NCBI RefSeq assembly: GCF_036365525.1
Contig: NC_090384.1
Location: 55,735,895-55,799,894, forward strand
DNA length: 64,000 nucleotides
From: Heterodontus francisci
Taxonomy: Eukaryota
Reading direction: 5' to 3'
Under the pieces are notes generated by a model that saw nothing but the letters and a program-made list of their open reading frames with translations, was not told the origin of the DNA and made no database searches. Position numbers and translations under genes: made by a program. This document shows positions 12,170 through 24,842 of this stretch, one piece after another (positions within the stretch are counted from its first letter, which is position 1; every line of letters begins with the position of its first letter).

Positions 12170-13490
12170 AACACAAAAATGCTGGGAAACTGAGCAGGTC
12201 AGGCAGCATCTGTGGAGCTAGAAAAAGAGTTAACCTCTCAGGTCAATTACTTCTCTTCAGAACTGAAAAAGGTTAAAGGTGCAACAGGTTTTAAGCAAGT
12301 ACAGAGGCAGGGAAAGTGGGGAGGGGAAAGAGCAAGAGGAAAGATCTGTGATAGGTGGAAGGAGAGATTAAAAGATAAAAAGGATGATGGTTCAAGGTAA
12401 AAGGAGGAGGTGATGGGACAAGTAAATAAACAAAAGATGGGTTTAGAGAAGTAAATGAGAATAGCAGAATTATCGTCAATGGCTGCCATCCAAAAAATGG
12501 GGGCAGAGGATATGATATGAAATTGTTGAAGTCAATGTTGAGTCCAGAAGGCTGTAAAGTGCCTAATTGAAAGATCAGGTGCTGTTCCTCTAGCGTTAGT
12601 GGAGGAGTTCAAGGATTTGGGAGGGAGGGGAAGGGGTGCGAGCAGAAGTACGGAAATGTAATGGACCCAAGGGCCCTGTCAACCATGATGAAGGGGAATT
12701 CTCAGTTGAGCAAAAAGGAATACATATCGGAAGCACTGCCAAGGAAGGTGGCATCATCACAACAGATACAAGAGAGACGAAATGGGAGAATGGAAGAGAG
12801 TCCTTCCTGGATACAGGATGTAGTCAAGGCAGCTGTGGGAGTCAGTGGTTCATTGTGGATATTGGTCAATATCCTATCCCCAGAAATTAATTTCATTAAC
12901 TTTGCTTTAAATGTCAATCCTTCCCTTGCCTTTACATTGTTTGACTTCCTCAACATCTCAGTCTCAATTTACACTTTCTCTCGACCCATACAAAAATAAA
13001 TGCTGAAAATCTAAAATAAAAAACAGAAAATGCTGGAAATACTCCGTGGTCTAGCAGCATCTGTGGAGAGAGAAACAGAGTCCATTTCTGATGAAAGGCC
13101 AGCGACCTGAAACATTAACTCTGTTTCTATCTCCATAGATGCTGCCAGACCTGCTGAGTATTTCCATTATTTTCGATACTCTAGACCCATCTTTTGTTTC
13201 TTTATTTGTCCTGTTACCTGCTCCTTTTGCCTTCCATCTGTCATCTCTTTTGTCATTTAATGTCTCCTGCCTTCCACCCTATCACAGATCTTCCCCTGTG
13301 CCCCCTTCCTGCCTTTGTTCTTGCTTAAAACCTGTTACATCTCTAATTTTTTTAAGTTCTGACAAAAGGTCCTTGACCTGAAATGTTAACTATGTTTCTC
13401 TCTTCACAGATCCTACTAGACCAACTGAGTATTTCCATCATTTTCTGTTTTTATTTCAGATTTTCAGCATCCACAGTATTTTGCTTTTGT
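12170..13490. mobile_element. Cluster of Penelope-like fragments and inverted terminal repeats
   Basis: Repeated aaatgctggaaatactc/cagcatctgtggag arms in both orientations, with decayed hammerhead cores at about 12235-12262, 13088-13120 and 13359-13391. Confidence 0.75.
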
Positions 13491-14094
13491 AAATATATTG
13501 ATATGTTTTTAATATTTTAATAAGGAATGAGAACAGAATGGCTAATGTAGCAGTTATGGTTAAACCATATGATCAAATCAAAATTGATTTGGCCTGTGTA
13601 CTAGTAGATCTTTTGTCTTGATCACAATGACACTGAGAACATAGGAAGCAAAGGCTGCTGAGACAATTGTGTAACAGGACATGAGCAGAATATGTATGTT
13701 CAACAATCTGTTCAATTATCCAAGAGTCATAAAATGCCCAGTAAAGTTAAACTCAGCAAGAATTGGGCATTGTACGATTGTTTTCAACAACAAGGCAAGG
13801 TACTGTTAACAGTCTTGAGAGACAGTCACTCATGATTGTTAGGAAGTCCTTTACATTGCAGGTTACTAGACATAGGATTACATGTACTGCTCTGTATGTA
13901 GTCTTAAGCCTCACCTTTTGAATTGGTTAGAAAAATATCTAGGATTAATGCAACACCACTCACTTTCTCTTTCCCACTCCCTTTCCCAGTCATGCATCAC
14001 CTTCCCCAATCTCCTCCCTATCTCTTTCACCCCTTCCCCTCTCCTCCCTTCCACCTTCCCCTCACATTCATGTTCCTTGCATGATAGAACTCAC

Positions 14095-14415
14095 CTTTTA
14101 CAGTGAGTACAGATTCTATTATGAAATCATTAGGAAATGTTGAATGCCTCACTACGCATCTGTACGTAGTACCATCATCTTCCACTGTTGGTTGAATCGT
14201 CAGTTGACTGAAAACATTAAATGTTTTATCACGATTGCTGACAAAATATTTTGTATAGTGATCTAACGGAACATTTTCTGTTTTCTGTCTTGATATCTTG
14301 ATCCAGCTGATGTCCAACTGTCGAGGATAAAATCCAGTAACATAACATCTCACAGAGTTCACCGAACCACTCCGAGTTGTAATGGATTGTGCAGATAAAG
14401 TAATGTTTGGTCGAC
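14095..14415 (-). CDS. NCR3LG1: B7-H6-like gene, IgC1-domain exon
   Basis: 321 nt, phase 1-1, with acceptor ttcctcacag| and donor |GTGAGT. It encodes (G)RPNITL...RCYVTGFYPRQLDISWIK...NRDKTFNVFSQLTI...EDDGTTYRCVVRHSTF...LTVK. C1-set motifs CxxxGFYP and YxCxVxH are present and match recalled human B7-H6 CESSGFYPEAINITWEK...NMDGTFNV...YQCVVRH. Confidence 0.9.
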
Positions 14416-14858
14416 CTGTGAGGAAATCAAATGCAAATTTAAATATAGATTGTCTAGGTTAATCACACAACAGCAATATGCTGGAAAGATCATATTGTCA
14501 AGTTACTACAAAACCAGATCTTAAGATTTGATCAAAATACCAAGTCATAGAAATTTCCAACAAACAAAAGTACTTTTGATATAAAATGGATCTTTATGAA
14601 TTGGAATCCTAAATCCTTTAGTCTTTTCTTAAGCACATATTTTGAAATCAGGGCAGAACAAAGACATACAAGATCATAGCCTCATCTGGAAATCCCCTAC
14701 ATTGGTCATTTCTGCTTACTTTCCCCAACAGCAGGTCAGGGCACATTCAGCAGCTCGTGCACCAAATGAGAGGAGGGAAACAAATATGCTGAACATCAGT
14801 TGTGGGTCTTATATGTGGGTCAAGCCTAATCGAACCCTCAGAAATGTCAAAGGAAGTT

Positions 14859-15429
14859 TTTTTTTTATTTCCAAAATATACTTTATTCATAAAAAACTGT
14901 ACAAAATACATTACAAAACAGTTCTAATCAGCACCAAGTCAGAAAATACAAACAGGCCAAAGGAGATCAGTTTCCTTCAATACAGGTTCAATGAGTTGCC
15001 TCACCACCCTTCCATTTCCTTTTTCATGCCATATACATTTTACAGCAAACAAAGATTTTCCGGATGCAGTTCGAGGGGTTTCCCATGGATCCAGCCCCTC
15101 AGTTCACCTTGGTGGGGGGACCTTACACAGTGGTCTTTCCCCATTGAGCCTTTGCTGCGGCTGCCCCAAGCTTTAGTGCGTCCCTCAGCACGTAGTCCTG
15201 GACCTTGGAATGTGCCAGTCTGCAACATTCGGTCATGGAAAACTCTTTGCGTTGGAAGACCAGCACGTTTCGGGAAGACCAAAGGGCATCTTTCACCGAA
15301 TTGATAGTCCTCCAGCAGCAGTTCATGTTTATCTCGGTGTGCGTCCCTGGGAACAGCCCGTAGAGCACAGACTCGTGTGTTACAGAGCTGCTTGGGATGA
15401 ACCGCGACAAAAACCACTGCATCTCTTTC
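14859..15429 (-). mobile_element. L1/Tx1-clade LINE 3' fragment in the V-C1 intron
   Basis: ORF2 C-terminus KEMQWFLSRFIPSS...AAKAQWGKTTV*, AATAAA plus poly(A), and TSD TCAAAGGAAGTT (14847-14858, 15428-15439). Confidence 0.85.
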
Positions 15430-15817
15430 AAAGGAAGTTGATGGGATAATTCATTCTTTTAGGCATTTTGTCTAGACATGACCATACAACCTCATGGTGA
15501 ATGTGGGCACCTGAGATACATCCATACTGATGCAGACACATAACAGGGCATATTTAAATTACGTGACCCTCCCTCCACTCCACATACACAACAGGAGTCA
15601 CCAGCAGTGGACCCAGTCTGGTAGGATCCCTGCAATGCTATGTAACTTTGCAGGAAATGGAGCTGAAATACTGTTTACATGCATGAACAAGCTTGCTGTC
15701 ATCCTTCAGGAGAAGTTATGGGAAGAGTGGGATCAACTCTGAAGAAATAATCATTATTTATAGATTTTTGCACTTTTGAACATCATTTAACAGAAAATTG
15801 GTTTCTGTGATCCTTAC

Positions 15818-16153
15818 CTAAAACCTGCATTACTGAAGTCTGTTTCGCATTTTCAGGAGTTATGTACACCTCGCAAGTGTATTTTCCTTCATCTGCTATC
15901 TGTACTCTCGGAAGGTAAAGTGAAACATCTCCCTTTAGTAAATCACTATCAGAAATTTTTGCTCCAGGTCGCATTGGCTTATGTGCTCCTCCAGCGAATG
16001 AATAAACTTCTGTGTCCTTGCCAAAGGTCCATTTGACTCCTACCGTGGTTGGGTCAATGACACCAACATAGCCAGTTACCTTGCATTTCAGCTGAACATC
16101 TTCATTTAATAATACTTTCAATGGGCTTTGAAATATCTCCAGATTTATTGCAT
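15818..16153 (-). CDS. NCR3LG1: B7-H6-like gene, IgV-domain exon
   Basis: 336 nt, phase 1-1, with a T-rich acceptor ending aaag| and donor |GTAAGG. It encodes (D)AINLEIFQSP...QLKCKV...GVKW...RPGAKISDSDLLKGDVSLYLPRVQIADEGKYTCEVYITPENAK...QVL. The canonical V-set C, W and D-x-G-x-Y-x-C are present, and it closely parallels recalled human B7-H6 [42 protein letters not shown]. Confidence 0.9.
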
Positions 16154-16316
16154 CTTTAAAAAAAGACAAAGGTTATGAAAACATCTAACAAGATGTGCTA
16201 CCACAATAATATTATACGGTTTTGTCTACAAGACACGCTAGTATATTTCTTCAAAGTTTAAAAGAGTAACTTACATATCTGTTTCATGTTTACTTTTCAT
16301 GCAATTGTTACAGAAT

Positions 16317-17026
16317 AGGCTGGATTTTACAGCACCACCACCCGCCCCGCCTCCAATGTCAGGAGTTGTGGTGGTGGGGGGGCCAGAAAATGCCTCCAGC
16401 AAAGGCCTGCACGGGCGTCAACGCCAGAATGGCCTGGCCCAATATTGCCGGCGGCGGTGAGGCCTTGTGGTGGCCCCCCCACTGCTCAGTGACTGGAGCA
16501 ACATCTGCATATTTTGAAAAATGCAAATAAATGAATGAATTACTTACCCGCTCCCACCGTCTGTCCCACTCCAATATGCCTTCGGAGCTCTGCCCAGAGA
16601 TCCAAGGCAGAACACTGATGTGGAGATGGGAGCAGGTAGGTTTCTCTGTGCTGGAGAAGGGGGAGTGGCGTCAGAGTAATTTAGTTGGTCTAGGGGACGG
16701 TGGGAAGGGATAAAGTTTAAAGTTTATGAACTTTGGGGGGGGAAGATCAGGTGCACCAGGTTTTGGCAGGGGGAGAGGGCTGGTAGTTAATTCTATGGTT
16801 ATTGGGGAGAGGATTAGGATCAAGTTATATAATTATTTTAAAACACTGTCCCTTTAAATTTTAAATAGCAATGTAGGGCTCAATGTCGTTTAAGAATGGC
16901 ATCAGCACCTGCGCAGTGAGGAGGGGGTGGGCCGCCACGACCATTTAATTGAGCCGCCACATTTAATATTGCAGGAGCTCCACGACATGTGGTCCGTGCG
17001 GGTGGAGGAAATGTAAAATCCAGCCC
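16317..17026. mobile_element. PIF/Harbinger-type MITE
   Basis: TIRs aGGCTGGATTTTAC / GTAAAATCCAGCCC with 3-bp TSD AAT. Confidence 0.85.
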
Positions 17027-17046
17027 AATGTCTAGAATCAGAGTAT

Positions 17047-19260
17047 CATAGAATGGTTACAACACAGAAGGAGGCCATTTGGCCTGTTGTGCTGGCTCTC
17101 TGCAAGAACAACTCACCAGTCCCATTTTTCTGCCTTTTCCCTTAGCCCTGCATATTTTTTCCTTTCATATAATTATCCAATTCTCTTTTGAAAGCCACGA
17201 TTGAATCCACCTTCACAGGTAGTGCGTTGCAAATCCTAAGCACTTGACGCGTGAAAAGGTTTTGCCTCATGTCACCGTTCATTTTTTTTTTCTATCACCT
17301 AAAATCGGTGTCCTCTGGTTCTTGATCTTACTGCCAATGGGAACAGTATCTCCCTATCTACTCTATCCGGCCCCCTCATGATTTTGAGCTCCTCTATCAA
17401 ATCTCCTCTTAATCTTCTGTTCTCCAAGGAGAACATCCCCAGCTTCTCCAACCTATCCAGGTAACTGAAGTTTCTCATCCCTGGGACCATTCTCGTGAAT
17501 ATTTTCTACAACGTTTCTAATGCCTTCCCATTGTTCCTAAAGTGCGGTACCCAGAACTGGACACAATACTCCAGTTGAGGCTGAATCAGCGTTTTATAAA
17601 GGTTCATCATAACTTCCTTGTTTTTGTACTCTATGCCTCTATTTATAAAGTCCAAGATACCTCTGCTTTGTTAAGCACTTTCTCACCTGCCCTGCCACCT
17701 TCAATGATTGGTGCACATATATCCCAGGCTCCTCGGCTCCTGCACCCCTTCATCTTATATTGTCTTTCCTCATTCTTCCAACCAAAATGAATCACTTCAT
17801 GCTTCTCTGCATTAAATTTCATCTGCCACTTGTCCACCCATTCCACCAGCCTGTCTAAGGCCTATTTAAGTTTCTCATAAAATCATAGAAAGTTTAAGTC
17901 ACAGAAAGAGGCCACTTGGCCCATCGTGTCTGTGCCTGCCAAAAAACGATCCACCTATTCTAATCCCACTTTCCAACATTTGGTCCGTAGCCCTGCAGAT
18001 TACAGCACTTCAGGTGCATATCCAGACACCTTTTGAGTGAGTTGAGGGTCTCTGCCTCAACTACCCTTTCAGGCAGTGAGTTGCAGACCCTCACCACCCT
18101 CTGGGTGAAAATGTTTTTCCTCATCTCCCCTCTAATTTCTCTACCAATCACCTTAAATATATGCCCCCTCATCACTGACCTCCCTGCTAAGGTGAACAGA
18201 CTTCACTCTAACCCCAGCCTATCCAATCTTTCCTCGCAGCTGCATTTTTCCAGTCCTGGCAAGATCCTCATAAATCTCCTCTGTACCCTCTCTCGTGCAA
18301 TTTCATCCTTTCTGTAATGAGGTGACCAGAACTGCACACAGTACTCAAGTTGTGGCCTAACCAATGAGTAATATAGTTCCAGCATAACCTCCCTGCTCTT
18401 GTAACCTATACCTGGCTAATAAAGGATTCCATATGCCTTCTTAACCATCTATCGACCTGTCCTGCTACCTTCAGGGATCTGTGGACATTCACTCCAAGGG
18501 CCCTTACTTCATCTACACTTCTCAGTATTTTCCCATTAATCGTGTATTCCTTTGCCTTGTTTGACCTCCCCAAATGCATCACTTCACACTTCTCCAGGTT
18601 GAATTCCATTTGCCACTTTTCTGCCCATCTGAACAGACCATCAATATCTTCCTGCAGCCTACAGCTATCCTCCTCGCTATCTACCAATCTTTGTATTGTC
18701 CGCAAACTTCTTGATCATGCCCCTACATTTACGTCCAAATTGTTAATCTACACCAGAAAAAGCAGGGGACCCAGTACTGAGCCCTGCGGAACGTCACTGG
18801 AAACAGCCCTCCAGTTGCTAAAACCCTATGTTTCCTGCCACTGAGCCAATTTTGTATCCACCTTGCTGCATTTCCATGGATCCCATGGTATTTTATTGTT
18901 TTAACCAGTCTGCCATGTGGGACCTTGTCAAAAACCTGCTTGTTGTCTGAAAATTTTGAAATTCTGCCCTGTATACCCCAGTCTAGGTCATTAATATATA
19001 TCAAGAAAAGCAGATGTCCTAACACTCACCTCTGAGGAACCTTCCTCCACTCCAAAAACAACCATTCACAACTACTCTACATTTCCTGTCACTCTGCCAA
19101 TTTTGTATCCATCCTGCGACTGTTCCTTTCATTCCATGGGCTCTAATTTTACTGACAAGCATATTATGTGGCGTTTTGGAAGTCCATGTACACCACATTA
19201 ACCTCATCAACCCTCTGTTACCTCATCAGAGAATGTCAGCAAGTTAGTTAAACATTCTCA
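17047..19260 (-). mobile_element. Nested CR1 LINE fragments (a second CR1 at about 17880-18935 inside the first)
   Basis: Two 3' tails and RT peptides WQMKFNAEK, LVRPQLEYCVQFWSPHY and FDKVPHGRL. Confidence 0.85.
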
Positions 19261-19780
19261 AGAATATCTTCAGAGGTCAGACTTGATCAGCATGTGTGCT
19301 TTATAAAGGAACTAATGATAGCAAACTGACAGTGGTTCTTTCTTCAAACTTTCTTCTTTAAACCAGTAAGAGTGAAAAGGGTACAATGAATACAACCTCT
19401 TTCTCAAGGAAGTTAATGGGACGGCAGTTATATTGACATATGTTTCAACAACTCATGAGGCCACTTTTCCCCCCCAAGATTGAGCTAAAAGCACAGGGTT
19501 GATTTTCAGCTGTGGCATACATCAGGTGGCAGGGTAATCGCAATAACTACCCAATAACGTCAGTGGGAGGTCCAATCCATTTAGTAATGAGGTTTGATTC
19601 AAACTTGATCGGCAAACTGCCAGCATGAGTCCTGCTGCTTACAGGCAGCTCTTTGTTTGGGAACGCAAGATATCTAACAGGCAAGCTGCTTCTAAAAGCC
19701 AGCCTGAACCTTCTAAAAGGAAGGTTTCATGTTTATTAGCAAGGTGAGGGAAACTAGCAACTGACAGAATTTAGACAGCT

Positions 19781-19997
19781 AGGGCACCCTCACTTTCAGA
19801 TACTTCCATGGAGTTGTTTATTGAACAAATCAGGGCCAGGAAAGAGGTCCTGTTCCTTCAGATGACAGATGGGTGTCATGCCAAATAAGTCTGCTGCTGT
19901 GGAGAGAGCTAGTTCAGCAAGTCAATACCAGCAACATCATTTCAGAACCTGGCTGAACAGCAGAAAGACGTTTAACGACCTTACAAGCACTGTAGGG
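19781..19997 (+). pseudogene. Decayed Myb/SANT-like (trihelix) exon of an old Harbinger element
   Basis: With two frameshifts it reads RAPSLSDTSMELFIEQIRARKEVLF/SDDRW...LLWRELVQQVN...II/RTWLNSRKTFNDLT, ending at |GTAAGA. A TIR-like gggttgattttc lies at about 19496. Confidence 0.65.
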
Positions 19998-20304
19998 GTA
20001 AGACTCCTTTTCACTTCTCTCTTACTCTAAATACAGCCCAGAGTATCCATTACTGCCAATCCTTCTGCCCCCACAACACAAGTCTCTCATCAGTTCTCAA
20101 TGGAATGCTTCACTACACATCCTTCTTTGTACACCCAGACTAAACACCTGCAAACTCTCAATCCAAAGGAAGATGCTACCATTGATTTTATTGGCAGGGA
20201 GAGAACATACAGCATTGGAGATGGTGAGGCTAGAGGCCATCCAAGTAGAGCATAGGAAGTTTCCCTTCCTATACTCTTGCCATTCAACTCTTTTGCCCAC
20301 ACAC

Positions 20305-20920
20305 AGGAGCAAGGATGTCTTGCTGCAATTATACATGGCCTTGGCGAGACCACATCTGGAGTATTGAGTGCAGTTTTGATCTCCTTATCTGAGGAAGGAT
20401 GTTCTTGCTATGAAGAGAGTGCAGCGAAGGTTCACCAGACTGATTCCTGGGATGGCAGGACTGACGTATGAAGAGAGATTGGGTCGATTAGGCTTGTATT
20501 CGCAAGAGTTTATAGAATGAGAGGGGATTTCATAGAAACCTACAAAATTCTAACAAGACTGGACAGACTAGATACAGGAAGGACGTTTCCAATGGCAGGG
20601 GTCTCCAGGACCAGGGATCACAGTCAAAGGATAAAGGGGTAAGCTATTTAGGACTGAGATGAGGAGAGATTTCTTCATCCAGAGAGTGGTGAACCTGTGG
20701 AATTCTCTACCACGGAAAGCAGTTGAGGCCAAATCATTAAATATATTCAAGAAAGAGTTACATATAGTTCTTAGGGCAAATGGAATCAAGGGATACGAGG
20801 AGAAAGCGGGAACAGGTTAATGAGTTTGGATGATCAGCCATGATTGTATTGAATGGCGGAGCAAGCTCGAAGGGCTGAATGGCCTACTCCTGCTCCTATT
20901 TTTCTATGTTTTTATGTTTC
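20305..20920 (+). mobile_element. CR1/HER1 LINE 3' fragment
   Basis: RSKDVLLQLYMALARPHLEY and the CR1 tail. Confidence 0.85.
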
Positions 20921-20999
20921 AAACACACATCATGGCACCTTGTAGCTGAATTGCATCTGCTACAGCTTACCTTTTGCCATTACATTATTATGGTCAGAG

Positions 21000-21810
21000 T
21001 CAGAGGAGTGGAGAGTTTGTAAGGAGCTGTTTTAGTTATGAGAAAAGATTGAATTGTTCTTTTCTTTGGAACAGTGGAGGCTGAGGGGAGATTTAATTGA
21101 GGTGTATAAAATTATAAGCGGCCTATATTGAGTCGATAGGAAGGACCTATTTCCATTATCAAAGAGGTCAAAAACAGGGGGATATAGATTTAAAATAAAT
21201 AATCAAAGGATTATGCAAGAGTTAAGGAGAAATCTTTTCACCTTGAGGGTGGCAGGGCTCTGGAATTCCCTGCCAGAAAGGGTAGTTGTGGCAGAAAGTC
21301 TTGTTGCATTTCAAAAGGACTCGGATGTGCACCTGAAGTGCTGTAACCTACAGAGCTATGGACCAAGAACTGGAAAGTGGGATAGGGTGGCGCAGTGGTT
21401 AGCACCGCAGCCTCACAGTTCCAGCGACCCGGGTTCAATTCTGGGTACTGCCTGTGTGGAGTTTGCAAGTTCCCCCTGTGTCTGCGTGGGTTTCCTCCGG
21501 GTGCTCCGGTTTCCTCCCACATGCCAAAGACTTGCAGGTTGATAGGTAAATTGGCCATTGTAAATTGCCCCTAGTATAGGTAGGTGGTAGGGAAATATAG
21601 GGACAGATGGGGATGTGGTAGGAATATGGAATTAGTGTAGAATTAGTATAAATGGGTGGTTGATGGTCGGCACAGACTCGGTGGGCCGAAGGGCCTGTTT
21701 CAGTGCTGTATCTCTAAAAGAAAAGGTTGCATAGTGCTTTTTCAGCCAACACAGACATGATAGGCTGAATGATCTCCTTCCACGCTGTAAATATCTATGA
21801 TTCTATGAAG
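21000..21810 (+). mobile_element. CR1 LINE 3' fragment interrupted by an HE1 SINE
   Basis: RRNLFTLRVAGLWNSLPERVV, with tail atctatgattctatga. Confidence 0.8.
21385..21718 (+). mobile_element. HE1 SINE (V-SINE), full length
   Basis: Same tRNA head, V-domain and CR1 tail as 6255-6596. Confidence 0.88.
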
Positions 21811-21920
21811 AAGATTAAAAAACATCAACTTGCATTTATATAGTGTTTTTAATGTTGTCCCTCGGCACTGAGGGTATTGAGACAAGAAATGACGCTGATG
21901 CAACGGAAGGCACACCAAAT

Positions 21921-22125
21921 TAAAAACAAGAAATGCTGGAAATACTCAGCAGGTCTGGCAGCATCTGTGGAGACAGAAGCAGAGTTAACGTTTTAGATCA
22001 GTGACCCTTCATCAGAACTCTGCTCTGCTTCTCTCGCCACAGATGCTGCCAGACCTGCTGAGTATTTCCAGCATTTCTTGTTTTTATTTCAGATTTCCAG
22101 CATCTGCAGTATTTTGCTTTTAATT
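21921..22125. mobile_element. Penelope-like palindromic terminal repeat
   Basis: Near-perfect ~65-bp inverted arms around a hammerhead core on the minus strand (CTGATGA...AAAAC). Confidence 0.8.
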
Positions 22126-23182
22126 TAAGGAGTACCAAAATCTTGATCAAAAAAATGGAGCATAAGGAAAGTCTTAAATGAGGTGGGAAGGTGAACAGGT
22201 TTACTGAGGAAACTTGAGGATGCAGGGTCCAGTCAGCTGAAGGCACAATGGCCAACCTTGAGGCAAAGGGAGTGGAACACACAAAAGGCCAGAGTTGGAG
22301 GTTTGTAAGGCTGGAGCAGGTTATAAAATATGGAAGAACGAGGTCATGAAGGAATAAAACAAAAAGATAACTGTTTTAAATTTGAGGCATTAGGTGATCA
22401 GGAGCTAATGTAGTCAGCAAGGACAAAGGTACTGGATAATTATTTATCTTGGTGAGAGTTAGGGTAAGGGCAACAGGGTTTTGAATGAGTTGAGGTTTAC
22501 GGACAGTCGATGTTGGAGTCAGGCCCAAAGATCATTAATCGAATCTGGAGGTGACCAAGGCAAAGTTATGAGTTCCAGTGCCAGACTGGTTAGGTTTTGC
22601 GTGGAAGTGGGTTATGTAATTGAGGTTGAAGCATGTGATTTATCTTGTGAAGAAGATATGAGGTCAGGAGCTCAGCTTGAGGACAAATAGAATGGCAAAG
22701 TTGCAAAAGGTCTGCTTCAGTATTAGACACTACATCTATTACTGGACTAAATTCACTTTACAAACCAACAAATCGTTGAAGCTAATCTCTAATCTTAGGA
22801 ATAGAAAATTCTCCCTCCGACTTTTCTACTTCAAATTTCTGCAGAGTGTCTATGATCAAACTAGATAGGCAGCCTAAAGCGTAACCTCTGATCCTCTCCA
22901 TATCGAGGATTAGCTAATTGTGTTGCTCATCAAACGTGCTACTGCCCTCTTAGGTGTGGGCTGTCCTAACCTGCTCCCACCCTGCTGGACTCAATGAATA
23001 TTACCATTCCAAAAAATTGATGTGTGAATGTTACTGGAACATATTAACAAACCTCACTGTCTCAAACAGTTGCGCTAAGCAAGAAACACCATTCTGAACA
23101 AATATTCTGTCTGAATTTAATCCAGACTCCCAGTAGTTTGTTTTGCACCTTGTGTGCAGAATTTAACATAATAGTATGTGAA

Positions 23183-24842
23183 CTGCTTTGCCTGTGCTAG
23201 GACGAGGGAGCAGTACCACAGGACATGCGCGATGCCAATATCATCACCCTCGATAAGAACAAGGTGACCACGGTGACTGCAACAACTACCGTGGAATCTC
23301 CCTGCATAGCATAGTGGGGAAAGTCTTCGCTCGAGTCACTTTAAACAGGCTCCAGAAGCTGGCTGAGCATGTCTACCCTGAGGCACAGTGTGGCTTTCAA
23401 GCAGAGAGATCCACCATTGACATACTGTTCTCCGTTTGCCAGCTACAGGAGAAATGCCACGAACAACAGATGCTCCTCTATGCTGTTTTCATTGATCTCA
23501 CCAAAGCCTTTGACTCGTCAGCAGACATGGTCTCTTCGGACTACTAGAAAAGATTGGATGTCCACCAAAGCTACTAAGTGCCATCATCTCATTCCATGAC
23601 AATATGAAAGGCACAATTCAGCATAGCAGCGCCTCATCAGACCCCTTTCCTATCCTGAGTGGTGTGAAACAGGGCTGTGTTCTCGTACCTACACTGTTTG
23701 GGATCTTCTTCTCCCTGCTGCTCTCACATGCATTCAAGTCTTCAAAAGAAGGAATTTTCCTCCACACAAGATCAGGTGGCAGGTTGTTCAACCTTGCCCG
23801 TCTAAGAGCGAAAACCAAAGTACGCAAAGTCCTCATCAGGGAACTCCTCTTTGCTGACGATGCTGCATTAACATCTCACACAGATGAGTGTCTGCAGAGA
23901 CTCATCGACAGGATTGCAGCTGCCTGCAATGAATTTAACCTAACCATCAGCCTCAAGAAAGCAAACATCATAGAACAGGACGTCAGAAATTCTCCATCCA
24001 TCAATATCGGCGACCACGCTCTGGAAGTGGTTCAAGAGTTCACCTACCTAGGCTCAACTATCACCAGCAGCCTGTCTCTTGATGCAGAAATCAACAAGCA
24101 CATGGGAAAGGCTTCCACTGCTATGTCCAGACTGGCCAAGAGAGTGTGGGAAAATGGCGCACTGACATGCAACACAAAAGTCCAAGCCTGTGTCCTCAGT
24201 ACCTTGCTCTACGGCAGCGAGGCCAGGACAACGTACATCAGCCAAGAGCGACGTTTCAATTCGTTCCATCTTCGCTGCCTTCGGAGAATCCTTGGCATCA
24301 GGTGGCAGGACCGTATCTCCAACACAGAAGTCCTCGAGGCGGCCAACATCCCCAGCATATACACCCTACTGAGCCAGCGGCGCTTGAGATGGCTTGGCCA
24401 TGTGATCTGCATGGAAGATGGCAGGATCCCCAAAGACACATTGTACAGCGAGCTCGTCATTGGAATCAGACCCACCGGCTGTCCATGTCTCCGCTTTAAA
24501 GACGCCTGCAAACGCGACACAAAGTCCTGTGACATTGATCACAAGTCGTGGGAATCAGTTGCCAGCGATCGCCAGAGCTGGCGGGCAGCCATAAAGGTGG
24601 GGCTAAAGAGTGGCGAGTCGAAGAGACGTAGCTGTTAGCAGGAAAAAAGACAGAAGCGCAAGGGGAGAGCCAACGGTGTAACAGCCCTGACAAACAATTT
24701 TGTCTGTAGCACCTGTGGAAGAGTCTGTCACTCTAGAATTGGCCTTTATAGCCACTCCAGGCGCTGCTTCACAAACCACTGACCACCCCTAGGCACTTAC
24801 CCATTGTCTCTCGAGACAAGGAGGCCAAAGAAGAGAAGAAGA
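23183..24842 (+). mobile_element. RTE-clade LINE, 5'-truncated
   Basis: RT motifs NYRGISL, EAQCGF, FIDLTKAFD, GVKQGCVL and LLFADDAAL, a C-terminal CxxC...HxxxC finger, a (GAA)n tail and TSD AGTATGTGAA (23173-23182, 24843-24852). Confidence 0.92.

Noticed and set aside
14027-16169. MHC, tapasin, immunoglobulin or TCR assignment of the Ig exons
   Set aside because: There are no peptide-binding domains, no RSS heptamer/nonamer at the V exon end, no J segments, and no tapasin TM lysine or KKxx motif. The motifs fit B7-H6 better.
23604-24638. 344-aa ORF as a host or domesticated reverse transcriptase
   Set aside because: It is part of a truncated RTE LINE with upstream frameshifts and a premature stop before the zinc finger.
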